A stretch of 64,000 nt of DNA from Anthoceros angustus (lineage: Eukaryota; Plantae; Anthocerotophyta): NCBI GenBank assembly GCA_010909165.1, contig MU008184.1, positions 310,001 to 374,000 of the forward strand, read 5' to 3'. Numbering within the stretch: position 1 is the stretch's first letter; each line of letters opens with the position of its first letter. The position numbers and the translations under genes were made by a program. Below are positions 12,573-24,562 of this stretch, in pieces. A model generated the notes under the pieces. That model saw only the letters and a program-made list of their open reading frames with translations. It was not told the origin of the DNA and made no database searches.

Positions 12573-13242
12573 CTTCCCGCTCCTTCGCTGCCGGAGTGCG
12601 AGGCTCGCAATCGTCCGTTCCTTGGCGCGGCGTCGGTTGCTTCCTCGCGATCGGCGGAGGGTGCCTGGCGATCACAAAGACAACGCCGAGGGGCCGGGTG
12701 TCGGCGCGAGCATGCGAAGATCGCTCAAGTTGCTTGGAAGAATGACGCCTCGGTCGGAGTAACCGTCGGCGGAGGTGGCTCTTCTTTGTCCGTGGCCGAG
12801 CTGCAGCTTACTCTCGCCTTACGCCCGCCTACTCGGCCTTCTGTTTGTCGCGATGCGGGCGTGAATACCTGCTTATAACGGCCACTGGCAATGCTACGGT
12901 CCTGGCCTGCTGCATGCCCGTCTTCCATTCAGGGCCGTCCACGTGGCGCCGCTCTGTCTAACTCACGCCCCAACTTCTAAATTACCTTACTTGGCGTACT
13001 TATCCCATTCTGACCCGGAGTGGGGTCCGGACTTATCTCGGTACTCCGGTGCGTGGTCCGGGGTCCTTCGGAGTGGCACCGGGGTCCGTTACCTACCCCG
13101 GAGTCCGGAGTGCACTCCGGAGCACAGTCCGGAGTGCCGTCCGTGCTTATTCCTCCTTTTCCGCCTTATTTTACACTCCATACCTACGAAAAAAAACCAA
13201 CCCCGCTTATTTCCCAACCCCAAGGGGAGTCCGTTGTCCACA

Positions 13243-13690
13243 CCTTGAAATGCACCATAGCAAAAAGAGCTTTTAGCTCCCCCCAAGGGATCTCCCTGCC
13301 TGGTTCCCATTGCGGAGTCACGCACGGAGATCCCCTCCACCGAGGGGCCATGCTGATAATATAGGTTAGAGGGGGAACCATAGAAAGGGCGAACAAAAGG
13401 AATAAGACTTGATAGTTGCCCGACCATGTCTTTAAGCTCTTGGAAGATGGCCGCCCTGGACACAATGTTGAAAGCGTTCTCAACATCGACCTGAAGGGCA
13501 ACCCAATCCGGATGTAGCTGGAGAAGCGCCTCGACTCCAAAACTCATCGTCTCACAGCCCCCCGGGGTGGCGATGCCCGGAATTGTTCCCTGAGCTGGAG
13601 GGCAAAGTTGCGGCTAATAACACGTAGGAACGCCTCTCCCACGACGATAGGGCACACCCATGGTGTGAGCTTCTCCATGGCCACTGTCTT
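13243..13690 (-). mobile_element. CRE-clade non-LTR retrotransposon, 5' part of RT
   Basis: GV.PIVVGEAFLRVISR, PGGCE, ALQVDVENAFN and GTRQGDPLGG/ALFAMVHF are RT motifs collinear with the 2680-3811 half. Confidence 0.88.
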
Positions 13691-14686
13691 TGATAATTTA
13701 CCCTCTATAAATATGCCCTCCGTAAATATGATTTTCTGTCTTTATGTTTCCCACCCTCTACTCCCTAGTTGGGCAAATCTGTTTGGATAGTTAATCCTAA
13801 CATAGTTTAGCTATACATATATGACTTAAGATTTACACATGAGACACTTACTTAGAGATACTTCATAAACAATTTTGTAATACACTTCATTGATGTATTT
13901 CTTTATACAAATAACACAAGCTTCGGCTTTGTAGCATGGTACCAGAAACTAACTAAATGCTATGTCTGATTGATGGTGCAACGTTACCCAATTAAATACA
14001 TAATTCACATCTCTAAGTGTAAGAGATGTATGATTGTGTGCCTAGCTTCTAGTCATTGCCTGCGCTCTAGACGTAGTTAATATGTCCCACTAATGTACGT
14101 GCATTAAAAAAACAAAAAAGCATGAGACTTTCGACAACATCCTAAGTTGCGGCTGCAAACAAGAGAACTAAGAAACATAAGACCTCCAAGAACATCAAGT
14201 TTCTCCCCAAGTTTCCACGTTTGTGACTGCATTTTCGCACCAACGTGAACTGGTAAAGCATCATGTGGCCGAAAAGAGGCCGAAACTCCCCTTCGGCATT
14301 GTGGGGTTAAGAATGCACGTGAGGCGGCGGTGCACGCTCTACAAACGTCATTTAAAGCGTGAAAGCCGAGAGCACAGGCGCGGGGGCGTTGGTACACGTG
14401 TCCAAACAGCGTAATGCCGCAGGCATGTACATAGGTATGTACAGACCTCGGCGTGCTTACATGATGAGCTGCGTCGCCACTGCAGCAGATCAATCTTGAC
14501 GGCCGGTACTTTGACGCTCCGGTCGGTACTCACCACCAGCGACTATGACCGGTGCTTCCGGCGGCCCGGCCGCGACCAGCTCAAAGCAATCGGCGTCGGC
14601 GCATTGCGAGGAAGACGAGCTGCACTTGTTTTGCGGCAACCCGCCTGCCGGCAAACGCAGATCGATTGCCCATACGTGCGCTCGAA

Positions 14687-16485
14687 ATGGATCCAGCTGC
14701 GAATGACGCAATGTCGGTGGACGAGAAGCCGGCGTCGGGCAGCTCCGAGCTGGTGGAGCAATTTCTGTCGGGGCTGTCGGCCTCCAGCCATGGAGCGAGT
14801 CGCTTCTACTCGCACCTGCTGCCTAAGGTGCAGACGCTGGTGCCGGAGTGCCTGTACAGCTGGAGCGAGTTCGAGTCCCAGCACGGTGAGGTTTCCGCTG
14901 TGCCGGAGGCGGAGGCGGAAGCGGAAGCGGAAGCGGAGTGCGACGACGAGGAAGGGAACGCATTTGCCACATCCTGCCTCGTGGAAGACCCTGAGCGGGA
15001 GCCGGAAGTGACGGCTCTGGATAAACCACAGTCGGACGATGATGAGCTGCTGCACATTTCCGCCATGTTGGAATCGCCTGGGCTCGGGGCCGGGGCCTGG
15101 GCCTGGGCCGGCGTCGGCCTCGAAGAGCAGTTTGGACTCGCTGCTTCCAGCTTGAGCTGCGATGATGGCGAGAGAGTGGTGCCGGTGGGAGAGCCTCCTG
15201 GGGTTGCTCGGACATTGCTGGTAGGTGTTCCAGAGCTCGGGCAGACTCTGGACTTGGTTGGGGAGGAGAAGCCAGGCTGCGGACCCGGGGGACCGGAGCA
15301 GTCGTCGAGCGATCTCGGCGTCGAGGAGTTCGTGATGTCGTGCATTAAGGAGGAGTTGGAGGTGGACGGCGACCCCGGGTCCCGACCGACTGAAGAACAG
15401 CTGCCCGGCTTACAGCGACCGTTAGTGCTGAAAAAGCCGAGGGATAAGAAATGCCGGAGGCCGAAAGCGGCCTCCAAGCTGGTATCCCAGCTCATCAGTA
15501 CTAAAGTGAAGATGGAAATTGAGGAAGAGCATCCGGTAATTTCATCGCCGTTACAGAAATGTGTAACGGTTTTGAATAGCGTCATTCTGTAGCGTCATTG
15601 CTGGTGATTGCTGTACGTTGTGTGGCGAAGTGAAGACGTGTGTTGAGTGTGCTAATGGTCACTCAAGCCTTTTGTGACTTGAAAATGTAGGGCTCCATCG
15701 ATATTGCGAAAGAAGAACCTCAACCGGAGGAGGATTTGACCATGTCGGAGGCAGGAGGGATACCACCCTCGAGCTCAGTATTTGGGAGAAGAACTGGTCA
15801 CATAACGGAGCAGGACCAGATGCTGGTGGAATTCTTGCTCCACGCTCGGAGCAGGAAAGTTGGCAAATCGAATCACGAGGTGGAGGAGTACGCCCACGAG
15901 TTCAACCACGAGGATGTCTATCGCTTCACCGGAGAACGCCTTGACGGTATGTTTCAAGTTTGTGTTCTGGACAGGCAACTATTCAGATAGGCCTGGTTTG
16001 CTGCAGTCACATTGGTATACACTTTCTGATGGGCACCAGCTGCTGTGTTGGAAATGGCAGAGTTCTCCCTGCGGAAGAAGAGCCCCGCATTTTTCGTCCT
16101 GAACACTCGCTACATCCACGTGAATAAGGGCAGGAAGATTACAAGATACCGATCTGCTCCACTTGGCCGCTTGAGGGGCTCATGTGCGGCCCAGGCCAGA
16201 AGGTGGATGCAGCGAGGCAAAACCAAGTTCTTCCGCCATGGTGGAGTGGCATATGGCAAGACTTACTTCAGTTTCGGTCTACGAAACTGTGTGGGCCGCC
16301 GGAAAGCCAGGACGGCAGCAAATTCAAAGGCCCGGGAATCGGAGGACGAAGAGGAGGGCAGGAGTCGAAACAAGCCGAAGAAGGCTAGGAAGAACTCATA
16401 CCAGATGTATGAGATCTTCCTAAAGGACGACGCGGAGAAAGAGAGGAAGGTGCTCAAGCAGGCCAAAGCGCCTGAGTCGTATCAG
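14687..16485 (+). CDS. Divergent NAC(NAM)-domain protein with long acidic N-terminal extension; exons ~14687-15562, 15691-15946, 16061-16485, 3' end uncertain
   Basis: TEQDQMLVEFLL (A), EDVYRFTGERLD (B) followed by a phase-1 GT-AG intron at the conserved NAC position, AFFVLNTRY, RWMQRGKTKFFRHGGVAYGKTYFSF (C/D) and NSYQMYEIFL (W.MHEY.L-like). Confidence 0.72.
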
Positions 16486-16887
16486 GTTATATGTGTTCTC
16501 AAATTTTGACCGGTGTGTTAACTTGTACAGACAGGCCTCAGGTTTCATTAGTCCTTCAAATTTTTGAACTACAGAGCTTGTTTGGTTCGGAGATGCAAGT
16601 GTACATTCTCGGTATGTAAGTTTTAATAATACATATATCAGCATATATCTGTGTTCTCCTGAGCCACCAAACAAACGTCACCGAAGAAAAATACAGCAGG
16701 TTCAAATCAAAGGTGTACATGACTTGGTCATTCAGATCACACATCATCAAGGGCTCCTTACTCTTGCTCCTACATCACACTCGTCATGGTGGAACAGCAA
16801 AGTGGAACTGTTGTACCGTAGACAAGGCCCAGCTTCTGGACCGTAAGGCTCAAGTGTAAGGAGTCACCATGGAGTGGAGCACTGTAC

Positions 16888-16955
16888 ATATTTGGAAATT
16901 CCCTTGATATCCTTTCATCCAACACTGTAAGGATGTCAAGGGAATTTCCAAGTAT
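16888..16955. ncRNA. Near-perfect ~27-bp stem-loop; candidate miRNA-like precursor or small foldback
   Basis: ttggaaattcccttgatatcctt pairs with aaggatgtcaagggaatttccaa (one G:U), loop ~14 nt; expression unknown. Confidence 0.35.
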
Positions 16956-17656
16956 ACATAAATACATAAATATGTTCATGCAACGTTTTCTATTTCTGAA
17001 AGCTTGAGGTGGAGCTTTGGTTTGAAAGCGTCAAGAAGCTATTCATGGGCAGGTGCCATATAGCTAGTCGAGTCCAATCCGAAATTCGTAAAGGTTTTGA
17101 GATTTTGCTTTCCAGTTCCCAGATCTCCAGAGAAATCTTCCAGAATAGATGACATTCAATCTTCGTTTCCGGTGGGAGAGACGAATACATTCGTGGATTA
17201 TATGTGTCCTGCAAGTTAGTTCAAAGTTTCGCAGACACCAAGACCTTCCGAGGTTATCACAACAGAGCGCCACAGGCTTGTTTTCCCACAGCACAAAAGT
17301 CGACCTGGTGGATCCCTCAGTTTTACAGCTGCAATCTATGTGCTGGACTCGGTTAAACCCTAGCTAGTATTGAGCACTACAGATAGTACAACTTTGGAGC
17401 GCAGACAATATATGTTAAAGACAGTACAAAGGTGCCAGCCTCCGAAAACATCTGCTGAGCTGCCTCAAAGGGAATCCCAGAGCTGGCAACATAAGCTAAT
17501 GGAATCAGAACTACTAGAAAGGCGGTTTGTCATCCACTCCTCCTGGCACAATAAAACATCTACTCTTGATTTCAACTGCCAATGTCATCTCCAGGTCCGC
17601 AAACATGCAAACATCAAAAGGCGTCATTGGTCCATCTGCAGGCAGGTCCACACGGA

Positions 17657-20600
17657 TCACAAAAGAAAGTTACCGGATAATGCCGGATCACGAAATGGGG
17701 CTCCACCATAAGTTGCGTTTGTTGATGAGCCTTCTGTTCGCCCAGCCGACGGCGGTGGTGCCGCTATGGTAACAGCAGAACATGTGTAGCGTGCCTTCTT
17801 GGCAACTCTTCTGACGTGCTGCCGAAGTTTTCTTGTTCTTGCCTGGATCAAGGGATTCTGAGGAGGTGGAGTTATCGGCACTGCGAAAGGTATTTCCTGA
17901 GAGCGGCAACCATGATCTTCCACGGGGGTTCTACACCCTATCTTGCACAGTACAGGGAAAGGTCTTGGAAGCCCACCTCTCTTGAATGTTCTCCTTTCCA
18001 TCTCCACATCCTCGGCTAGAGCAATTTCCTCCATCGTCCACAATGCCCACTTCCTATGAGGAGCCGGCTTTGAGCATACACAGTTAGAAGAGTCCCCCTT
18101 TTCTGAGCTTTGATTAGAAGCAGCAGGTTGTGTCTGCTTCACACACCGGAGTGCAGTCGTGCTTAAAGGTGCTGAAACAGGAACAGCCAGTGGCACGCCA
18201 ACGGGTCGCTCCCCATGTGCCGAACTGTAGCTCCTGGGTTCATCTGGACCTGAGGAGATCTGAGGGTAACTCTGTTTCCCGTTGTTTTTCAGGGGAACAT
18301 AACTCAAATACGTTTTGAAAGCCACGGTTCGTCCTCCTTCTTGAATGGCATATGTCCTCCCTGCTGTTTCCACCGGTGACCATTCTGGGTGATGCGTAAC
18401 CTTGTTGGCTTCTTGATGCTCCCATACTTGGTCTCGCTGAGGAAATATTGTCCAGCACCTGTACCTGCTAGTCAACCTATACTGATTCAGTACGATCACC
18501 CTAACACTCTAGCTGCAATCATGAAGTGCCGGCACGAAAACAAGTCAGGAACCTCACCTGAGATAAGTTCTGCGGGATGTACCGAATAAACGTCTGCCTC
18601 CTTAACGAAAGGGAAGTGTTGCAGTGTGCGCAGCACATGACTCGCACTCAATTGTTTGTATGCTTGAATCAGACGAGTCATGTCCAAGTCTGTCAGCTTG
18701 GGAGGACGCCTCACAGCCAGAGGCACAGGTGGCACAAGTTCTGTGCACAAGTCCATCAATGAACTGGCAGCAGCTCTCAACTCCCGACCTTCTGGGGTAC
18801 CGGGCTGGAGTTCTTGCGTCACTGTGAGTCGAGATGCGCAAGTATGGGAGCTGACCTGCTGGATGGAGACTTCATGTGCTGATTTCGCTTGCTCTGTTGA
18901 GCATTGTAGTAACCGGGGTGACCACTCCTGATGCAGAATACCAAACCAGGAGCTTTCATCGCTCACCGCCTTGCGCTTCCGTCGGAGTATACTTGCGTCC
19001 GGGTCGCTGCCGGGCTGCACATGTGGCAGGCCCATACTCTCGGTAGATATAGAGAACTCGGAAGCCTGGATCTCAGATGAGACTATGGTGCTATAAACAG
19101 GTAAAACCGTGAACTCAGAAATAACTGGTGGGCACCTCCTAGGGCGCTTAGTTGCTAGCGTCGTAACCTGTCGTCGGTGACAGTCCGTTGCTAATGCCAA
19201 CATATCATGAGCCCCATGGTTGCCTCTCTGGATAAATGCCTTAGTCACCGCCGATAGTCCGACAGTACGCTCGTCTTGAGGAAGATTATACATTGGCCCT
19301 GATTGAGGCAGACCATATTGATCAGACAGTCCTGCATTCCACGAGGTGTCTTGAACTGAAGGATGAAGACGTCGGAAGGGTGCTCTTTCATCTGTCGCTG
19401 TTGGCAGTGCGGGTACACGTAGCCCGCAGACTGACGCCAGATCACCTGATGGGGACCAAGGAGCATCACTACTGCTGACGATTGCCTTAGAAGGAGGCCA
19501 GCCTTGGTGGTTCATGGTCATGTCCTGATCCGAGGCCTGGGATGTGATGTATAGCTGAGTCTGTCTTGATCCGTCAAACTGGAGATCTTGCTGAACCAGC
19601 GATAAACCACCATAGCCCTGATTGCAGCAACCTTTTGCCACATCAAGTACTTCAGAGCTGGAAGAGACTTTTCCTGCGCCATTCTTCAGCTCTTTGGCCA
19701 GAGAACCACTTGCGGACGTATGTCGCAAAGATATGCTGCTGTGCACCACCGCGCTTAGCTCGCAAGCCTCTGAGAAGTTGTAGTGCAGATGGGAAACCTC
19801 CCTGCAAGATTGCTGGATGTAGGAACCTCCTAACACAGGATCCGTTCCACGACCAGAAGAATGCAAGCTCTCCATGTCTGCATCCGTGGTCACTGAAGAG
19901 AAACTGTAATAGGCAGGATCAACGGCATCTTGAATGAGACAAGCATCTGAAAAGCCGCAACAGCCTCCAGGAGCTGAAGCACGGTCTTCGTGATCTCCGT
20001 TCACTTTGTGCACCAGTTTCTGCAGAGCTGAGGAGAGCCCTTGGTCCGATGTCATGTGCTCTTGGATGTTGTGGTTGCCCGGGACCTGTTGCACTTGTAT
20101 CCGTCGGTGAAAGGCCATTTGGTGAGAGATGTCAGCTCCGGGATTGTAACCCTGCAAATGAGCCATCATGAGAGTCAAATAACTGCCTTCCTCAGGCTGG
20201 TCTGGATGACGCAGCGAACCTGCAGTGAGCACCTTGGAAAGCTAGCTGCTACTAGACTACCGACAGCAATTGCCACCTGATCGACACGAAGCGCACCAAC
20301 AGGGGGGGCCTTAAGCTTCTACTCTTCCAGATGAAGAGATCCTTACCTGGTAGAATCGCGTGCGGCGAATGTCGAACGTCACACTGTCTGCCACTTCATC
20401 AAAACCAGGTGCAACAAACGCTGAGTCCAGTTCGCTACTCCAACTGCCACAAAGATACACAAATCAGTCGCTGAGTGCTACGGAACATGACTGAGCTAAA
20501 CTGAAACTGTGACGGCATTGCACAGTGACGATTTTCCAAAAGCAAACAGCAAGCAGTCCGATCAAGAAGCCATGACGCTCCAGATGCCCGAACAGCTCTC

Positions 20601-20904
20601 TCAACTTGGGAGCAAGCGCATCAAGTGACACGAGCGTATCAATTGGTAGCCACATGCGTGCAACGAGCTGAGCGAATTGTCTCTACCTCATATCCGTCGG
20701 GGATGGATCGAAGCTGTTCTCCGCAACTGACGGCGGGTGGAGAATGCGGAGCACAGAGTCCATACAACTGTCACCATCGCGGTCTCCTGATGCGTATGGT
20801 CCTCTGAAGCCCGCGTCGACAGCTGGATAACAGGGAACAGCCGCCTGAAGTTGCAGGGCCGACAATGAGCGGTGCATGTTCACTTTCCCGCCCACTCGAT
20901 CCAT
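17657..20904 (-). CDS. Divergent NAC-like gene (copy A) with very long Ser/Gln-rich N-terminus and C-terminal NAC domain; apparent frameshift near 18335
   Basis: LDMTRLIQAY...KEADVYSVHPAELIS, phase-1 intron 18465-18557, QYFLSETKY..RITQNGHRWKQQGGHMPF, then in another frame GGRTVAFKTYLSY and LWTMEEIAL. Upstream donors near 20686 and 20347; upstream exon model tentative. Confidence 0.68.
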
Positions 20905-22687
20905 CGATGAAGCAAGCTAGCAGACTCAGCAAGCTATCTCACAGATTGTAACGGATGTAGCGAGTTGTGCACCGGGGACACCACACACTCTGAAGCGCAT
21001 TGATGAAGGCACATTCCACTTTGTTCAGTGCCTGGAAAGGCTGCACTCTGGACACCTGAACTTCACAGGTTTAGGCACGCGGTGCCACTTCTCCTGCGGC
21101 CACTTGACAGCCTCCCTCAGTCAGCAGCCTCCCTCCACAAAGAAAGAGCCGGAAGAAGTCTGGAGGAAAACAAGCACAGCTCTACCCGGACAGGACATGA
21201 CGCAGGTCTGCAGTTCTCATGTAATTCCCTACGCCGGAATGACAGCCTAAACAAGCACAGATTCCAGCCTCCGCTTCCACCCGTCTTTCCCCTCAAAATA
21301 ACCAGCAGACACGAGAACCCTCGACTCAGTGGAAGCTGGCAGCAATTCCACACTTCTCAGCACCGCGATGCAGCTGATTCACTACGGGACGTTCTGCAGC
21401 CTCACACAACCTCCCTCAGCTCAAAAATGCTCATCTGCTTGACGTCTTCAATCATCGAGAAGATCGCGACCAAGAGCAGCCACAGCATCGGAACGCAGAG
21501 AAAAAGAACGACGAAGATGAGCACGACGTAGAGCGACATGGTTACAACTCTCCCTCGCAGCACATTCCCTCAGATTGCACCTCAGCAGCCCAGATACTCC
21601 TCACAGGCAGCATCCAAGGGCGCAGCAGAGGCGAGCGACAGGGAATGGCGCACAGAGAAGCGCTGGGCAATTGCGGTCCAGTTTAAGGAGCTCCAGGGGC
21701 GCGGGAGCAGCACTGGAGCAAGAGATAGCTGCGGTGCCAAGCGCAGAGAAAGAGAGGCGCTGGCGCCAAGCCTATCCTTCCCCACTGCACTCACTCTGCG
21801 CTCTTCGGAGGGAGAGCACTTGTAACCTTGTTGGTGAAGGCAGAATAGCCGCCCGGGCTAGCTTCACCCGCCGTCGTAGTCCCATTTAAGTGGATTACAC
21901 GGAAGTGTTAGGTGGGGGCTTAATAGCTGGCAGGCGCGGGAGCCGGCACCTGTGTGAACTTATGTGGCCTCCTTGTCCTTGCCCCGACAAAGGTTCGCGG
22001 GCCGCGGCCCCGGATTCGTCGAGTTCGGCGCAACTGGCACAACTCTCCCTGGCCAAACCGTTAGGGCTGGGTAAACGGAAGCTTCGGTGTGTCCTTTGGC
22101 CCCGTCTGTTAGCGCAAGGATGACTCGGCAAGCACAGAACCGCACCCTTCCGCATCCAAGACTTCAGCCATTTGCCCGCACCTTCTTCAGCTGGGATGCA
22201 AAGCAGCTATTTGTGTGGCTGTCTCGGGGACTCTTCTAGCCGTCCATGAACGCTTTCACGGAGCGGAGCTTTCTTGAAATTCTTACATTTTTTGGGTCTT
22301 GTTGGATAGTGTTGCAGTACTTCTTTGCTAAGGAAATTCATAGGAGCTTTCTTTGTTGAGATCTTAGAGTACATTCCAAGAACGTTGTTGTAAAACTTCA
22401 AAATTGAACATCTAAGATATATAATGAGCTCATTAGCTATGTTACCCATTGGTAAGAGAGAACTTAATGTTCTGGTGTGTGCATTTTTCAAGATGAAATT
22501 TTTTATGCATGTAGGATCTCATTCTTTGCAATTAATCATAAGTTCACTAAGATTGCATTGAAATAAGTAAAATACTCTAGCAATCTTGACAATCTCAAAG
22601 TTGGAGAGTGATATGATTCTCATTTTACAGAATAATCAAGTGATGTGGACATTATAACATCACAAATTATTTAGCAACTGAGGAACT

Positions 22688-24562
22688 ATGGAACTTGATA
22701 AAGATAAACAATCTCATAAAGAACAAGCTTCCAAGGACAATTTGCATACACAGGTAGATGAATCAAGACCCCAAGAGCTCGGGGATAGTGTTCCTCATAA
22801 AAGTTCCTTATCTCAGAAAAAATCAAAAATGGATCTTGTTGATCCAAGAACTTCTACAATATCTCTTGCTGGAACTGCTCTTGATAAATATAGTAAAGGA
22901 GCTTACTTAGAGGGATATATTTATGCACCTGGATCAACCCCTTCTACTATAGGATCAAGCAGGCCTACTTTGTCAGACTCAAGTCCTCTTCAAGGTTCTA
23001 GTCCTACCACTAGTTCAAGTCCTCCAGCAGGGTCTAGGCCTCAAACCCAAGGATCAAGTCTCCCAAGAGGCTCCACACCTCTGTCTCCTTCGGCCTTTAA
23101 TTTGAGATCTAGTCTGCCATCCAATTCACAGAGTCCTCCCTCCTTTTCCCCATCAGCGGGTAGTCCTCCTTCTGGCTCTTCTAGTACAGGGTGGACTCCA
23201 CGAGATTCATCTGGTACTACAGCTCAATTGACCCCTTCTCAACTAACTGAGAGGAGAGCTAGTTCTTGTGGAGCCACTGGCACGAGTGAAAACCGATCTC
23301 AAACATCTAGGCAAGCACCAGAAGATGGATCTCGGCCTATGTCAGATGTGCCAACACCACCCTCATCACGACCAAAGACCCCTATTCAATGGCCTTGGAG
23401 AATAAGAAAGCCTAGATGGCGACGAGGGTTCACAGACATCCCTCCATCTTCATATCACTTAGACATAGATGCTCCCAACCTGCATTTGGTTGAGCAATCT
23501 ATGCGGACTTTTACCCCAGATTATTTCTCCAGAGCCATTGCAAAAGTTATAATCCCAAAAAAGGCTTCTGACTACCATGATGAATCAGGATCCATGCTAT
23601 TGTGGGGTAGTGCAGGTGGCCGATATCTTGGTGATGTAGTTGGAGGTTTACCTCATGGGCATGGGCAACACTGGGTTCCTCATTCAATGTCTCGTATGGG
23701 AGCTTTAAGATTGCTTTATGATGGACAATGGGAGTATGGGATGAAAACAGGACATGGATGTTTATATCATGCAAATGGCCAAGAATATCGTGGAGAGATG
23801 AAAAATGGGGAGCACTTTGGTCATGGTTGCATGAAATACAAGGATGGCTCTATTTATGAGGGGAAATGGTGGCGAGGCAGGAAACATGGTATTGGAACGT
23901 ACTACTACATAGATGATGGATGTTATATGGGTGCATGGAAGAAAGATCAAAGAGATGGATGGGGCATATATTGTTGGCCATCGAAGAGGAGAAAGTGGGA
24001 AGGAGAGTGGGTGAATGATTTCCCTTATAGTGGTGTCATGGCACCTTTGGAGGATGCTGAATATAAAATGTTTAACATGGCTAACATACCTGACGAATTT
24101 TCAAAGACATTTTGGAATAGATTCACAGACAACATACTTCCTCAAGAACCACTTGGAACCAGACGTCCCATAAAACCGCTCACAATCAAAAGAATAAAAC
24201 TTCGTCATCCTAGTCTATCAATCTATTCAAAGATTGCACCAATGCGTAAACTAAGAGACCAAGATAAAAATGATGGAAAATTGTTCCAAAAAGAGTTCCA
24301 AAACAAGCTAAGGGGAAGTATGCCTTATGAGCATCTAGAAGCAATGAAACATTCTTTTCACAAACTTGCCCCAGGATATATGCATCGTACTATATTACAC
24401 GGAGCACAAGTACGAAGGTTGGTTAACATTGGACGAATAGACCCTGACACAAATGAAGGACAAAAGCTCACTGTGCATTTGCAAAATGTGGCAAAGAAGA
24501 ACAATAATGGGATCAGCTTCAACAATCTTCTTTACTCCATACTATCCTACCATGACCCTTGA
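22688..24562 (+). CDS. Intronless MORN-repeat protein, 624 aa (MORN3/RSPH1-like), Ser/Pro-rich N-terminus, possible degenerate EF-hand tail
   Basis: Six-seven repeats YxGxWxxGxxHGxG (YDGQWEYGMKTGHG, YEGKWWRGRKHGIG, YMGAWKKDQRDGWG, WEGEWVND); long intact ORF. Confidence 0.9.
   Translation: MELDKDKQSHKEQASKDNLHTQVDESRPQELGDSVPHKSSLSQKKSKMDLVDPRTSTISLAGTALDKYSKGAYLEGYIYAPGSTPSTIGSSRPTLSDSSPLQGSSPTTSSSPPAGSRPQTQGSSLPRGSTPLSPSAFNLRSSLPSNSQSPPSFSPSAGSPPSGSSSTGWTPRDSSGTTAQLTPSQLTERRASSCGATGTSENRSQTSRQAPEDGSRPMSDVPTPPSSRPKTPIQWPWRIRKPRWRRGFTDIPPSSYHLDIDAPNLHLVEQSMRTFTPDYFSRAIAKVIIPKKASDYHDESGSMLLWGSAGGRYLGDVVGGLPHGHGQHWVPHSMSRMGALRLLYDGQWEYGMKTGHGCLYHANGQEYRGEMKNGEHFGHGCMKYKDGSIYEGKWWRGRKHGIGTYYYIDDGCYMGAWKKDQRDGWGIYCWPSKRRKWEGEWVNDFPYSGVMAPLEDAEYKMFNMANIPDEFSKTFWNRFTDNILPQEPLGTRRPIKPLTIKRIKLRHPSLSIYSKIAPMRKLRDQDKNDGKLFQKEFQNKLRGSMPYEHLEAMKHSFHKLAPGYMHRTILHGAQVRRLVNIGRIDPDTNEGQKLTVHLQNVAKKNNNGISFNNLLYSILSYHDP

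Larger units (their letters stand above)
3812..13242. mobile_element. Family A element copy 1 (TGTGG...CCACA, 5-bp TSD CCTTG); giant solo-LTR-like
   Basis: ccttg at 3807-3811 and 13243-13247. Both terminal regions are homologous to those of 41303-48008. Removing it rejoins the CRE RT frame as ALFAMVHFK-AL*ITASS..ECLFPS. Confidence 0.9.

Noticed and set aside
3812-13242. DIRS/Ngaro tyrosine-recombinase element or classical TIR DNA transposon
   Set aside because: Clear 5-bp TSDs (DIRS make none), no YR or DDE transposase motif seen, and inverted ends only ~5 bp for family A.
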